A stretch of 37,145 bases of DNA from Thermoanaerobaculia bacterium (lineage in GTDB: Bacteria > Acidobacteriota > Thermoanaerobaculia > Multivoradales > UBA5704): contig JBGAGQ010000061.1 of assembly GCA_044226625.1 (NCBI GenBank), forward strand, positions 1-37,145. The letters run 5' to 3'. A program made the position numbers and the translations under genes. Below, in pieces: positions 21,101 through 30,700 of this stretch (position 1 is the first letter of the stretch; the number at the start of each line of letters is the position of its first letter). The notes beneath the pieces were generated by a model that was not told the DNA's origin, did not search any database, and saw only the letters and a list, made by a program, of their open reading frames with translations.

Positions 21101-21280
21101 CGTGAAGTTGGTGTCGGTCATCTCGGGAGGAGCGAATGGGGAGCTGCCGAAGTGGCGGGCATCGTTGTGGATGACCGGCGGGCGCGCCAAAGGATTTGCG
21201 GGAGGGACGTCCTGCGCTCGCGCTTCGAAAGAGGCCAAAGCAACGAAAGCAACGGCCACGGCTTGGGAACGGATTTTCAC
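18146..21280 (-). CDS. Secreted multidomain alpha/beta-hydrolase (lipase/PGAP1-like) with choice-of-anchor-X-like and Ig-like domains
   Basis: Signal peptide; VLVHGI, CHSKGG nucleophile elbow, IGTPNAGS, GDGIVP and a late His; LRDDGTGGDSAADDGIYSA; two GVDTxGNGLF repeats. GTG start with AAAGGAG RBS. Confidence 0.85.
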   Translation of the reverse strand: MKIRSQAVAVAFVALASFEARAQDVPPANPLARPPVIHNDARHFGSSPFAPPEMTDTNFTVDQSPGLDTGCTYGSGGPLVFKIAITRVIGDRSKLLNSGLLAANAALRMPAFDVDFDAAIPGINPERDRVFFNGHAVRETFLTGANNVWKENNFQIPVDWVNFATANASGPPTPGDNEIRIDIDTANSSDQWCTAIDWASLSFKVARPAVLVHGIFSSGSQAWGGLWGPKLDQLGLPNSTALNMGALDSIENNAGKIGVEVAKAKTRWGVDKVNLICHSKGGLDARHYVESHSDVAQVIQIGTPNAGSPWADLARAALIALQAESRLPVVFLSDLTLPAGRQLTTGSMALYNLFHSHNTNVTYTALAGDYDPDCAFLLFGCPEPAWALASVVAGEGDGIVPVSSVHALSYMGQRTFASQGSNLDSVHTHLTEASGVFSSLIDRTADTSKARVAPPAAVPSRTATEGGDIAAGETRTLFVPVEARGPASISLLYASADLKLALTSPTGVHYDASSVAGQRGVSHQVTALEGNVLEVYQFANAEAGIWRADVSATTVGTATGRVSFAVHAWFAESEIRLSGSASPQVVSVGQQLTVRATLLRGTGPLTRAETSVLVGRPDGEITRLPLRDDGTGGDSAADDGIYSAAFLPNLAGTYQLTFKAAGTPASNPAQFSREAFGVAAVASGGAQLTNVFGSRGVDTDGNGLFNQLAVDIGLNVGAPGDYRLLGVLTDTAGNRHEASWSGALAAGSQTATLPFDGREIYAQGIDGPYTLSELRLAEEGEVGVLPLAESVPGWATTSFGFREFEHPPIALAGTGSAEGVDTNGNGLFDRLDVLLDLDLDAADFYSWSARLIDPLGREVGFTSGSGSLSAGRQSILLPYSGPSIGQSGLDGPYTVADLLVFGSNASLISDRAFTTADFEARQFEGFVGDTMPPTLTVTLSPSGLFPPEHQLISVQAAITASDDKDAQPTVKLLSITSSEADSGLDPRDVPNDVQDATFGTDDRTFLLRAEKHLTSRSYRVTYEARDAAGNTATRTATVLVQKPK

Positions 21281-21729
21281 AGATCTCTCCTTTCACGGCG
21301 GTTCTCCGGGCGCCTCACCGAACCGCGACGGTGAACTCTCTGGGCGGATGGACACCGGCAACCCAGTAGGCGTTTAAGCGCTGGAGCGAAGGCGACGAGT
21401 TTGTGCTCCATGTTGATTAAACGCGAGCTGTCTTGTTCGAACGGGTCGTGGGGACGACGCTGGACCCCGATTCGAAGCGCTTCGCGGGTGTCGAGCCACC
21501 TTGGGAGCGGCTCGGATCCCGCGGTTGGGAGAGAGAGCTTGGAAGCGGGTTCGCGGCGGCGCGAAGCGGGCTCGTTGGTCCGGAGTAGGGACGAATCCGC
21601 CGGCCCTTGGGACGTGCTCAGCTGAGGTGGCGTCGGCCAGACGGTAGACTTGTAGTCAAGTTAGCAAGGTTTGCCGGTATCCCGGGTCGAGGCGCTCGAC
21701 CCATGAAATATTGAGGAACGGGGGATCCC

Positions 21730-23706
21730 ATGAACGTTTTGAACGACCTGGAGCGGCCGCGTCCGCGGTTCCGATCGAACCTCACGATCGCCCTCGTCTT
21801 TCTGGGATCCGCCCTCGCCGGTGCCGCGGTGGGGCGTGCGATCGAGAGCCCCCGCTGGCGGCAGCTCCCGCTTTCCGGTGGGCCGATCGCATCGATCGCC
21901 GCCGCTCCGTCCGAGCCCCGCGTGGTCTACACGAGCACGGTCGCCGCTGGGTTGTTCCGGAGCGACGACGGTGGAGCGACCTGGGCTTCCCCGAGCGCGG
22001 CGGCGGCCGCCCGCGGCTACGGACGGGTGTCCGTTTCTCCTTTCGACCCGCGCGAGCTCTCTCTTACGGCGACGCAGCTCTTCTATCCTTATTTCGCGCG
22101 CAGCCAGGATGGAGGGGTCACGTTTCGGCGGATCACCGTGGCGCCCGGCGTCGCGGTCCGCGAGTTGATCTACGACCCGGTCGATCCGGCGCGCCAGTAC
22201 GTCCGCACGTTTTCCGGGCTTTATCGCTCAACAGACGCCGGCCGGACTTGGCGGCCTTTTGCGTTCTCGGGCGCACGGATCCATCAGCTGTACGTTGAAC
22301 CGCGTCACCCCGAACGGCTCTATGCGCTCGTGGCACCTGTAAATTCGGCGAACCTCTATGCCAGCGGCGACGGCGGCGCCACGTGGACGGAGAAGCTCTC
22401 CTCGAATTTCCTCGATGGAGTGACCTCGATCGCGGTCGATCCGGACCGCCACAGGATCTACGCCTCCTTGGGCGTCGGTCTTTACTTGAGCGAGGACGAT
22501 GGAGGGACCTGGCGCGAGACGGACGAGGGCAGCCGACTCAGCGGGTTGACCGACCTCGCGGTCACCCCGAGCGGCGCACTCCTCGCGTCGAGCTTCTCCG
22601 CCATAGAACGCAGCGTCGACCTCGGCGATACCTTTGAAGATTCCAACCTCCCAGAAGATTCGATCCTGGGGCTCGAGATCGGCGTGGACGGCACGGCCTG
22701 GGCCGTTGCCGGCAGTGGGATCTGGCGCTCGAAAGACGACGGTGTTTCGTGGCGCCGCTCGCACCGGGGGGTGACCGCGCAGGATGTCCAAGGCCTCGCC
22801 GCGAGCGGCGGCCCCGAGCCGGTGGTTCTCGCCGCGGGTAGGGGCCTGTTCCGCAGCACGGAGGCGGGTTCAAGCTGGTCGCGGGTGCGGCGGTCGAACG
22901 ACCCCAACTTCTTCAATCCCTACTTTTCGCCCTACTTCTTGGTCTCCTCTCCGGTCGATTCCCGGCTCTTCTTTGCCCTGTTCGCCTATGGCGTGTTTCG
23001 CAGCGCGGACGGCGGCGTCACCTGGGAGAAGATCGGCCCGCTCCGGATTTTCGGGCTCGGCTCGGTCGCGCAGCTGCGGCACGCCTTCGCGTTCGATCCG
23101 AGCGACGCCCGAAAGGTCTACTTCTTCGCCGGTTTCGCGGGGACCGGCGATTCGCCTCCTCGCCGTTTTTCGTTCTACAGCTCCGACGGGGGGAGAACCT
23201 GGCGCCGTCGAGCGAGCACGCCCGAGCTGGTGAGCGCCGCGGTCGATCCCCGTCGTTCGAACGTCTTGTGGGGCGCCACCAGGGACGAGCTGCTGCGAAG
23301 CGACGATCGCGGCGTCCGGTGGCGGCCTGTCGCGTCGCCGGTGCGGGATCCCGAGATCGTCGTCGTCGATCGGAGCGGGGCGCTCTTCGTAGGCACGGAA
23401 GGCGCCGGAGTTTGGATCAGCCGCGACGACGGAGCGAGCTTCGAGCAGCTCGGAACCGGACTCGAAAGGGCACACATCGCGACCCTGATCGCGGATCCGA
23501 GTCACCCCGGGCGCCTATTCGCGGCCGTTCTTCTGCGCGGGGTCTTCGTCTGGGACGGAACGGGTCGTAGCTGGCGACCGCTCCAGGAGGGCCTTCCCCT
23601 CGGCTTCTTCGACGGCCTGATCGCCCTCGATCCCTCCCAGTCCGGAGGGCTCTATGCGGCGACCCGCGGGCGCGGGGTGTTCCGACTGGATCTGGGGGAT
23701 CTCTGA
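21730..23706 (+). CDS. Secreted BNR/Asp-box (VPS10/YCF48-like) beta-propeller protein
   Basis: More than ten SxDGGxTW repeats; N-terminal hydrophobic signal segment. Confidence 0.88.
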   Translation: MNVLNDLERPRPRFRSNLTIALVFLGSALAGAAVGRAIESPRWRQLPLSGGPIASIAAAPSEPRVVYTSTVAAGLFRSDDGGATWASPSAAAAARGYGRVSVSPFDPRELSLTATQLFYPYFARSQDGGVTFRRITVAPGVAVRELIYDPVDPARQYVRTFSGLYRSTDAGRTWRPFAFSGARIHQLYVEPRHPERLYALVAPVNSANLYASGDGGATWTEKLSSNFLDGVTSIAVDPDRHRIYASLGVGLYLSEDDGGTWRETDEGSRLSGLTDLAVTPSGALLASSFSAIERSVDLGDTFEDSNLPEDSILGLEIGVDGTAWAVAGSGIWRSKDDGVSWRRSHRGVTAQDVQGLAASGGPEPVVLAAGRGLFRSTEAGSSWSRVRRSNDPNFFNPYFSPYFLVSSPVDSRLFFALFAYGVFRSADGGVTWEKIGPLRIFGLGSVAQLRHAFAFDPSDARKVYFFAGFAGTGDSPPRRFSFYSSDGGRTWRRRASTPELVSAAVDPRRSNVLWGATRDELLRSDDRGVRWRPVASPVRDPEIVVVDRSGALFVGTEGAGVWISRDDGASFEQLGTGLERAHIATLIADPSHPGRLFAAVLLRGVFVWDGTGRSWRPLQEGLPLGFFDGLIALDPSQSGGLYAATRGRGVFRLDLGDL

Positions 23707-23846
23707 GCGGGAGGGCTGAACGACGACGGTGCCTTTCATCTCGTTGCGTCGTTTCTTTTCGGTGCGGGTGAGGGAATCGACCCGCCGGGGTCGTTTGCGA
23801 TCTTCGAAGGCGAATGGTTGCCTTCCAAACTTCGGAGATCCCGTCC

Positions 23847-24926
23847 ATGTTCAAGAATCTGTCCCCCTTCGCCCCGGCCCTGCTCCTCGCTCTCGGCTTC
23901 TCCTCGTCCGTCGCCTCGGCCGCACCTTCGGCGAAAGCCGGGGTCCGGGAGATCGCGCGTATCACCCGATCCGCCGGCAACTACGTCGCCTGGCTCGAAA
24001 CGCCGGACGGCGAGGTCGAGATCGCCGTTGCCGCGACCTTCCCGGAGAAACCGCTCGTCGCGACCTCGTTCGTCAAGAAGCACGATCCGGCCGAGGTCTT
24101 CCTGGCCGTCGCCTCACCGAAGCGCGCGCTCCCCGCGGCGCTCGCGCACAGGATGGCCGGACCGGCCGCCGACGAGGGCGCGACCCGTCAACGCCTGCGC
24201 CAGGAAAACGCCGTGGCGCTCGCGAGTCTTTCCCCTTCGCTGCCGGTTCTCGAAGCGCAAGCGGGCTCCTGTTCGGCGTTCTTCCGCGGTTGGGCCGGTT
24301 CGGTCTACGGCGACTCCACCTGCGGCCAGTCGGGTCTCGCGGTGATCGACACCACGTTCCCGAGCGACACCTACTGCACGAGCGGCTGCGACTACTCGCT
24401 CGGCTCGACCGACAAGGGAAGCTGCACGCCTGCTCTCGCCTCCTGCGACATCGTGCGCGGAACGGCGACCAACGTGAGACTACGGACGACGACCGCGGGG
24501 AGCCCGGTGCTCGACCACAACGGCCACCGCGCCCATTTCGGCGTCGCCAACTGTTCCGGCAACGGGCCGGTGCAGTTCAGCCGCAAGCGCAACGCCACCA
24601 CCACCACGGTGGACGTGCCGGTCAACGGCATGCTCCACTATTTTCAGGGGACGTCGATCATTCCGGCGAACGCCAAGTACTCGGTGACCTACGGCAGCTG
24701 GAACGACGGCACGCCGCCGAGCGGCGCGACCTACCTCGCCAACAAGATGTGGGTGGACGACAACAACGGCACGAACGATCTGGTGATCGCCTGCGGCGAC
24801 ATCCAAACCCGCTACGACATGGATGACGTCTCGGCGCCGAGCTGCCACGGCCCGAACATCTCGCTCTGCACCGGGGGCAACTGCGACAGCCCCTGCTTCC
24901 ACTGCGTCGGAGGGACCTGCAACTAA
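23847..24926 (+). CDS. Secreted Cys-rich hypothetical protein
   Basis: ATG 23847 with GGAG RBS; signal peptide; 14 Cys; strong GC3 codon bias. Confidence 0.8.
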   Translation: MFKNLSPFAPALLLALGFSSSVASAAPSAKAGVREIARITRSAGNYVAWLETPDGEVEIAVAATFPEKPLVATSFVKKHDPAEVFLAVASPKRALPAALAHRMAGPAADEGATRQRLRQENAVALASLSPSLPVLEAQAGSCSAFFRGWAGSVYGDSTCGQSGLAVIDTTFPSDTYCTSGCDYSLGSTDKGSCTPALASCDIVRGTATNVRLRTTTAGSPVLDHNGHRAHFGVANCSGNGPVQFSRKRNATTTTVDVPVNGMLHYFQGTSIIPANAKYSVTYGSWNDGTPPSGATYLANKMWVDDNNGTNDLVIACGDIQTRYDMDDVSAPSCHGPNISLCTGGNCDSPCFHCVGGTCN

Positions 24927-24959
24927 GGGCTCGTCGAGGGTGCGCTCGCGAAGTGATGC

Positions 24960-24982
24960 GCCGGCCGGAAGGCCGGCCTTTT
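24960..24982 (+). terminator. Rho-independent terminator
   Basis: GCCGGCC-GGAA-GGCCGGC followed by CTTTT, 33 nt after the stop of 23847..24926. Confidence 0.55.
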
Positions 24983-25077
24983 CATTGGAAGAAGCCGACG
25001 ACGTCGAGCACGAAGTCGACCGACCCCGCGTCTAGGGTGGCCTCAACGACCAACTGGCCGTCGAGGCCCAGCACGAC
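24982..25077 (-). pseudogene. Remnant C-terminal module (VVLGLDGQLVVEATLDAGSVDFVLDVVGFFQ*) in frame behind the TAG of 25078..25533
   Basis: Manual translation aligns with the last ~31 aa of the three upstream paralogs (VEIGADGKIVVQAALTGG...FDVVGYFE). Confidence 0.7.
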
Positions 25078-25533
25078 CTATTCGAAGTAGCCGTCCACGT
25101 CGACGGTGAAGCTGACCACACCGCCGGCCAGGCCCGCCGAGACGTTGAGGGAACCGGAGGTGCCGAGTTGCGAAATGAAATGTTGCGATCGATTCTGGCC
25201 GCCCTTCCAGTTGATCTTGGGAGTGACCTCGAACAGCAGGTTGATTCCCGTGCCTCGGACCAGGATGACTCCATCGAAACCGGCGTCGAACTCGCTCAAG
25301 GTGAAGGAGACCGACTGCGCGGTCGCCGGGACGCCGCAAGTCCCCCGGATGGGCACCGTCTCTTGAAACCCAGTGAGCAGGTGGGATCGAACGGCTCGAC
25401 AGGGCGGAACGACGAAGTAATTTTCTGCGCCGGCGGCACCTGCCGTGAGAAACAGCGCCAAACCTCCCGCCAGGATCATCGATCGGCCGGGGCGGCTGTC
25501 GGAACGGGTCGAGCGGCAAGAGGAGTGGCGCAT
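25078..25533 (-). CDS. Small secreted protein consisting of the PPCR...CGVP...DVxGYFE domain alone
   Basis: Hydrophobic signal, YFVVPPCR, TCGVPATAQSV and VDVDGYFE; homologous to the C-termini of both ELWxxDGT proteins. Confidence 0.75.
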   Translation of the reverse strand: MRHSSCRSTRSDSRPGRSMILAGGLALFLTAGAAGAENYFVVPPCRAVRSHLLTGFQETVPIRGTCGVPATAQSVSFTLSEFDAGFDGVILVRGTGINLLFEVTPKINWKGGQNRSQHFISQLGTSGSLNVSAGLAGGVVSFTVDVDGYFE

Positions 25534-25571
25534 GGAAGGCTCCTAAGCGTAGCGAATCGGGACCGCGTGCC

Positions 25572-27659
25572 TTACTCGAAATACCCCACGACGTCGAAAA
25601 CGTAGGAGACCGCGCCGCCGGTGAGCGCGGCCTGGACGACGATCTTGCCGTCGGCGCCGATCTCGACGGTGCCGTTGTTGGTACGGGTCTGGCCGGAGCT
25701 GAAGTTCACCTGGGAGACCAGCGCTGGCGCGGCGCCTGAGGGATAGGCGCGGAGGAAGCCCGCGCCCGTGGGCGTGATCGCGGTCAGGTTGAACGCCACG
25801 GCCTTGGCGGTCGCGGGGATGCCGCAGACGCTTCCGATCGTCACCGTCTCGGCGGAGCCGTTCAACAACGGCGGGCCGGTGAGCGCCGCGGTTCCCGAGG
25901 TCGTCCCGTCCGTCGCCCACAGCGGAGTAGCGCTCGTCCCCGGGTCAGCCGAGAAGAGAACCCGTGAGCCTACGGTCGTCATCTCGCGCGGAATCGAGGT
26001 GTCCGCTCCTGGAAAGAGGTCGGCCAGCGCGAACGTTCCAGCGGCCGTGCCGTCGCTCACCGCAGGCTCTCCACCGTTCGCACCGTCGTCGCCGACGAAG
26101 ATCAGGCGGCCGTTCAAAGCGGCCGTTTGCCCCGGCTCGACGCTGCTGCCGAAATAGGGGAGCGCTACGCCGGAGCGCTGCTCGATCAGCCGCTTCACCC
26201 GTACCGTTCCGGCGGGCGTGCCGTCGGAGACGTAGAGCTGTCGGCCCTCGGAATACGGCCCATCGTAGGCGCGGAAGTACCACCGCCCGCCGAAGACGAA
26301 CCGGGTCCAATGCCCGACGCCGAAGCTGCCACCGTCCGCTCCGAGCGCACCCGGGTTCAAGTCGGTGACCTGAACCGTGCCCTCTGGAGTTCCGTCGGTT
26401 GCCCACAGCTCGCTGCCGGTCACTCCGTCCTCGGCAAAAAACAGGAGACGCGAGCCGACCGGTGTAAAGCTGTGGGGGTTGTAGAAGAAGCCCAAGCCCG
26501 AATCCGGTCCCGGCCAGACGTCCTTGACCAACGTCGTACCCGCCTCCGTGCCGTCGCTCTTCCAAAGCTCTCGGCCATGCGCGTCCTGGGCGTGAAAAAA
26601 GACCGCGTTGCCGAACCGCGTCAACTCGTAGGGACTCGAGCTGTCACTCCCTGGAACGATGTCCTTCACCCGCGTAGTCCCCGCTTCGGTTCCGTCGGTC
26701 CGCCAGAGCTCTTGGCCGGTCACCGTGTCTCGGGCGGTGAAGAGAATGACCGATCCCAAGGTCTCGAAAAACTGAGGTGACGAGTCGGCCGGACCGGGAG
26801 CGAGGTCGCCCACCCGCGTCGTTCCCGCTTCCGTTCCGTCGCTCGCCCAGAGCTCGTAGTCGTTCGTCGAATCGGCGGCGGCGAAAAAGATCCGGGAGCC
26901 GAGCACGGCGGTCCGGTTGAACCCCGGAAAGGGAAAGAAAGAAAACACCGAGGACAAGGCGCCGGGAAAGATGTCCCGCACCATTCGCGTTCCGGCGACG
27001 GTGCCGTCGGTTGCCCAAAGCTCCAATCCGTGAACGCCGTCGTCGGCAGAAAAGAAGAGATCGGTCCCGACGACCTGCCAGGGCGTGGCGCCGGAGCCCT
27101 GCGGTCCGGGCCAAATGTCGACCAGCCGTTGGGTTCCGCCCTCCGTGCCGTCGGTCGTCCAGAGCTCTTGCCCCGCTTGAAAATCGGTGGCCACGTAGAG
27201 AATTCGGCCATTGACCGCGGTGAACAGGTAGGGCGCGCTGCCGCCGACCCCGAGGACGGCATCCTCGATCATTCGCGTTCCCGCCGCGGTGCCGTCGGAG
27301 ATCCAGGGCTCCAAGCCGTGCGCGCCGTCGTCCGCCGAGAAATAGGTCGAAGCGCCGACGACGGCGAGGTTGCGCGGCCACGAATCGCAAGCGCCGGGGC
27401 AGAGGTCGGTCACGCGAACCGTTCCCCCCTCCGTTCCGTCGGTCTTCCACAGCTCCCATCCATGCAAGATGTCGGGTGCGGTGAAGTAGACCATCCCCGA
27501 GAGCTCAGCGAACTCGCTCACGGCGAGAAACGATTCGGGGCCGTCGTAGCTCGTGGTGTTGAGATCAGCGACCTGAGCCGGCGGCTGCGCGACGAGAGGG
27601 AGCGACAGGAACGCCGCGGCCAGAATGACTCGGACGAGACGGCAAGGACCTTGGTGCAT
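25572..27659 (-). CDS. Secreted ELWxxDGT repeat protein (695 aa), internally deleted paralog
   Basis: Signal peptide, 11 ELWxxDGT-type repeats and an N-truncated C-terminal module. GAGG RBS. Confidence 0.9.
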   Translation of the reverse strand: MHQGPCRLVRVILAAAFLSLPLVAQPPAQVADLNTTSYDGPESFLAVSEFAELSGMVYFTAPDILHGWELWKTDGTEGGTVRVTDLCPGACDSWPRNLAVVGASTYFSADDGAHGLEPWISDGTAAGTRMIEDAVLGVGGSAPYLFTAVNGRILYVATDFQAGQELWTTDGTEGGTQRLVDIWPGPQGSGATPWQVVGTDLFFSADDGVHGLELWATDGTVAGTRMVRDIFPGALSSVFSFFPFPGFNRTAVLGSRIFFAAADSTNDYELWASDGTEAGTTRVGDLAPGPADSSPQFFETLGSVILFTARDTVTGQELWRTDGTEAGTTRVKDIVPGSDSSSPYELTRFGNAVFFHAQDAHGRELWKSDGTEAGTTLVKDVWPGPDSGLGFFYNPHSFTPVGSRLLFFAEDGVTGSELWATDGTPEGTVQVTDLNPGALGADGGSFGVGHWTRFVFGGRWYFRAYDGPYSEGRQLYVSDGTPAGTVRVKRLIEQRSGVALPYFGSSVEPGQTAALNGRLIFVGDDGANGGEPAVSDGTAAGTFALADLFPGADTSIPREMTTVGSRVLFSADPGTSATPLWATDGTTSGTAALTGPPLLNGSAETVTIGSVCGIPATAKAVAFNLTAITPTGAGFLRAYPSGAAPALVSQVNFSSGQTRTNNGTVEIGADGKIVVQAALTGGAVSYVFDVVGYFE

Positions 27660-27745
27660 GGAGACCTCTCAAAGAGAGGAAGGCAATTCACCGGAAGAAT
27701 CGTTGACTCAGCAACCCTTGGAATTCGATTGTCCCACAAGTTCGT

Positions 27746-27767
27746 GCGCCGGCCTTTCGGCCGGCGC
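27746..27767 (-). terminator. 9-bp hairpin with GAAA loop downstream of the long ELWxxDGT gene
   Basis: GCGCCGGCC-GAAA-GGCCGGCGC on the minus strand; weak U-tract. Confidence 0.4.
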
Positions 27768-27795
27768 GGTCGTCCGCAACTTCTTTTCGAACGTC

Positions 27796-30700
27796 CTACT
27801 CGAAATACCCGACGACGTCGAACACGTAAGCGAGCGCACCGCCGGTGAGCGCGGCCTGGACGACGATCTTGCCGTCGGCTCCGATCTCGACGATGCCGTT
27901 GTTGGTGCGAGTCTGGCCGGAGCTGAAGTTCACCTGCGAGACGAGGGTCGGCGCGGCGCCTGAAGGATAGGCGCGGAGGAAGCCCGCGCCCGTGGGCGTG
28001 ATCGCGGTCAGGTTGAACGCCACGGCCTTGGCGGTCTCGGGGATGCCGCAGACGCCCCCGATCGTCACGGTCTCGGCGGAACCGTTCAACAACGGCGGGC
28101 CGGTCCGGTTGTCGAAAGCGCGGCAGGGCGGAACGGTGTAGAAGCCGAGCCCGACGCGGAAGGCGGTCGCGTCGCTCCCGCCCGGCTGCGTGGGGTCGTC
28201 GGTGGAGAGGGTCACGTCGTCGACCAGGTCGCCGTCCGAGTCGTAGTGGATCGTCGCCTGGTTCGCGATCGAGGTCCCCGCCGCGGTCCCCGCGGGGATC
28301 TGGCACCGGATGGTGATCGTCACCTGCCCGCCCGCGGGGATCTCTCCCGCCCAGGCGACCTGGGTGCTGCCGGACCCGAGAACCACGACGGGAAATCCCG
28401 AGGAGGAGGTGGCGGAAAGGTACGTCAGACCCGCGGGAATCGTGTCTTCGAACGGCACGCCGGCCGTGCGCAGCTGAGCACCGAGCCCGCTGTTCGTGAT
28501 CACGACCGTATAGGTGACGATGCCGCCCGGGACGAACGGGCCGGAGACCGTCTTGGTGGCGCTCAGCCGGGCGCCGAACGCTGAGCGCGGGACGCGCCAG
28601 AGCTCGAAACCGGAGACGGCGTCGGAAGCGGCGAAGTAGAAATCTCCGCCAACCGTGGAGAAGTCGTAGGGGCTCGAAGGGAGGTCGCCTGGCGCGAGGT
28701 CGGCGAAACGGCGCGTTCCCTGCGGCGTGCCGTCGGTCACCCAGGGTTCGCGGCCGTGAGTCCCATCATCGGCCGAAAAGAGGACGAGCCCGCCGAAGCC
28801 GGTGAGATGCTGCGGCAGCGAGGAGGCGGCGCCGGGCCAGAGGTCGAGCACCATCGGTCCATCCACGATCGGCGACTGGCTGGTTACCCAGAGCTCGCGG
28901 CCATGGACGCCATCGTCGGCGACGAAGGCGACTTTCCTGCCCACCGGAGTGAGCTGGCGCGGTTGGGACGAGGTCGAGCCGGGAAAAATGTCCCGCAGAA
29001 GGAAGGTGTTGAAGGGGCCGCTCACCCAGAGCTCCTCCCCGGACACGCCATCGTCGGCGGCGAAAGCGACGGGGCCGGAGAGCGAGAACGGGACGAGCGT
29101 TCGCGAGCTCGCGCCGGCGAACGACTCGATCGGAAACGCCGCCATCGAGCTGCCCGCTCCGGGGTTCACGTCGGCGGCGATCCGGGTGCCCGCTTCCGTG
29201 CCGTCGGAGACCCACAGCTCGCGGCCGTGGACGCCGTCGTCGGCCGAGAAATAGATCGACGGGCCGAAACCCGACGTGGGCGACGCCGTGAGCTGGGCGG
29301 GAGACGACTCGACCGCGCCGGGGCGGATGTCGGCGACGCGATGCGCGGTCGCCCCGTCGGTCACCCAGAGCTCGTTGCCGGCCGAGGTGTCGCCCGCGGT
29401 GAAGAACAGGTTGGTGCCGAGCGGCGTGAAAGCCGTCGGCACGGAGCCGATCACGCCTGGAACGAGATCGAACGCGAGGCCGGTGCCCCCCGGAGTGCCG
29501 TCGCTCGACCAGACCTCGGCGCCGTGCGCCGCGTCGAAGCCGGTGAAATAGGCCTTGCCGCCGAAGGCGGTGAGGGAGCTCGGCTGCACGAGCACGGGTC
29601 CAGTGAGCGCGGCCGTGCCGGCCGGCGTGCCGTCGGTCGCCCAGAGCGAGGCGTCGTTGTTCGTGCCTTCGGTCGCCCGGAAGAGCACGCGCGAGCCGAC
29701 GGCTGTCATCTCTCCCGGGGTGGGGGAGTCGAGGCCCGGGCGGACGTCTTTGAGGACGATGGTGCCGGAGACCGTGCCGTCGCTCGCCGCGGGCTCTGCT
29801 CCCGAGGTGCCGTCGTCTCCCGCGAAGATCAACTTTCCGGCGAGCGCGGCGGTCTGCCCCGGCTCGACCGTGCGGCCGAAGTAGGGGAGCGCCACGCCCG
29901 AGCGCTGCTCGACCAGCCGTTTGACGCGGCTGGTTCCCGCCGCCGTGCCGTCGGAGGTGTAGAGCTGCCGCCCCTCGGCGATCGCGGCGTCGAAGACCCG
30001 GAAGTAGAGCTTGCCGCCCGAGACCACGCGGACCTCCCGGCCCCCCGCGAAGCTGCCGACGTCCGAGGGGAGAGTCCCCGGGTTCAGATCGACCACCCGC
30101 GCCGTGCCGGCCGGCGTGCCGTCGGTCACCCACAGCTCGTTGCCGGTCGTACCGTCGTCGGAGAAGAAGAGCATTTTCGTCGCACTCACGGGGATCAAAC
30201 CGTGCGGGGTCTGGAACAGGTTCAAACCCGCGGCGCTCCCCGGGCCGATGTCGGCGAGCATCGTCGTCCCCGGTTCGGTGCCGTCGCTCTTCCACAGCTC
30301 GCGGCCGTGGACACCGTCGTCGGCATGGAAATAGATCGCCCCGCCGAACGAGGTCAGCTCGTACGGACTCGATCCGGAGGAGCCGGCGTTCAAGTCCGCG
30401 ACGCGCACGGTGCCCGCCCCAGTGCCGTCGGTCCTCCAAAGCTCGGGCCCCGAGGTGCCGTCGTTGGCGCGAAACAGGAGCGTCGAGCCGAGCGGCTCAA
30501 AGTCGTTGGGTGTCGAATCGCCGGTGCCGGGGTTGACGTCGGCCACCCTCGAAGTCCCTGCGGCGGTACCGTCGGTGGCCCAGAGCTCCAGGCCGGTCGT
30601 GCCATCGGACGCGGCGAAGAACAGCCGCGAGCCGAGCACCGCGAAGAATTCCAACCCTCCCGGAACGGGAGTCAAACCCGGCAGCGCTGCACCCGCGCCG

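Noticed and set aside
21281-21430. c-di-GMP-I riboswitch upstream of the hydrolase (minus-strand GGGTTGCCG)
   Set aside because: Lacks the GGCAAAC/GAAA/GACGCAAAGC elements.
25572-28104. Diversity-generating retroelement (VR/TR pair) suggested by the duplicated 3' ends
   Set aside because: Differences are mostly synonymous and not adenine-specific, and there is no reverse transcriptase in the window.
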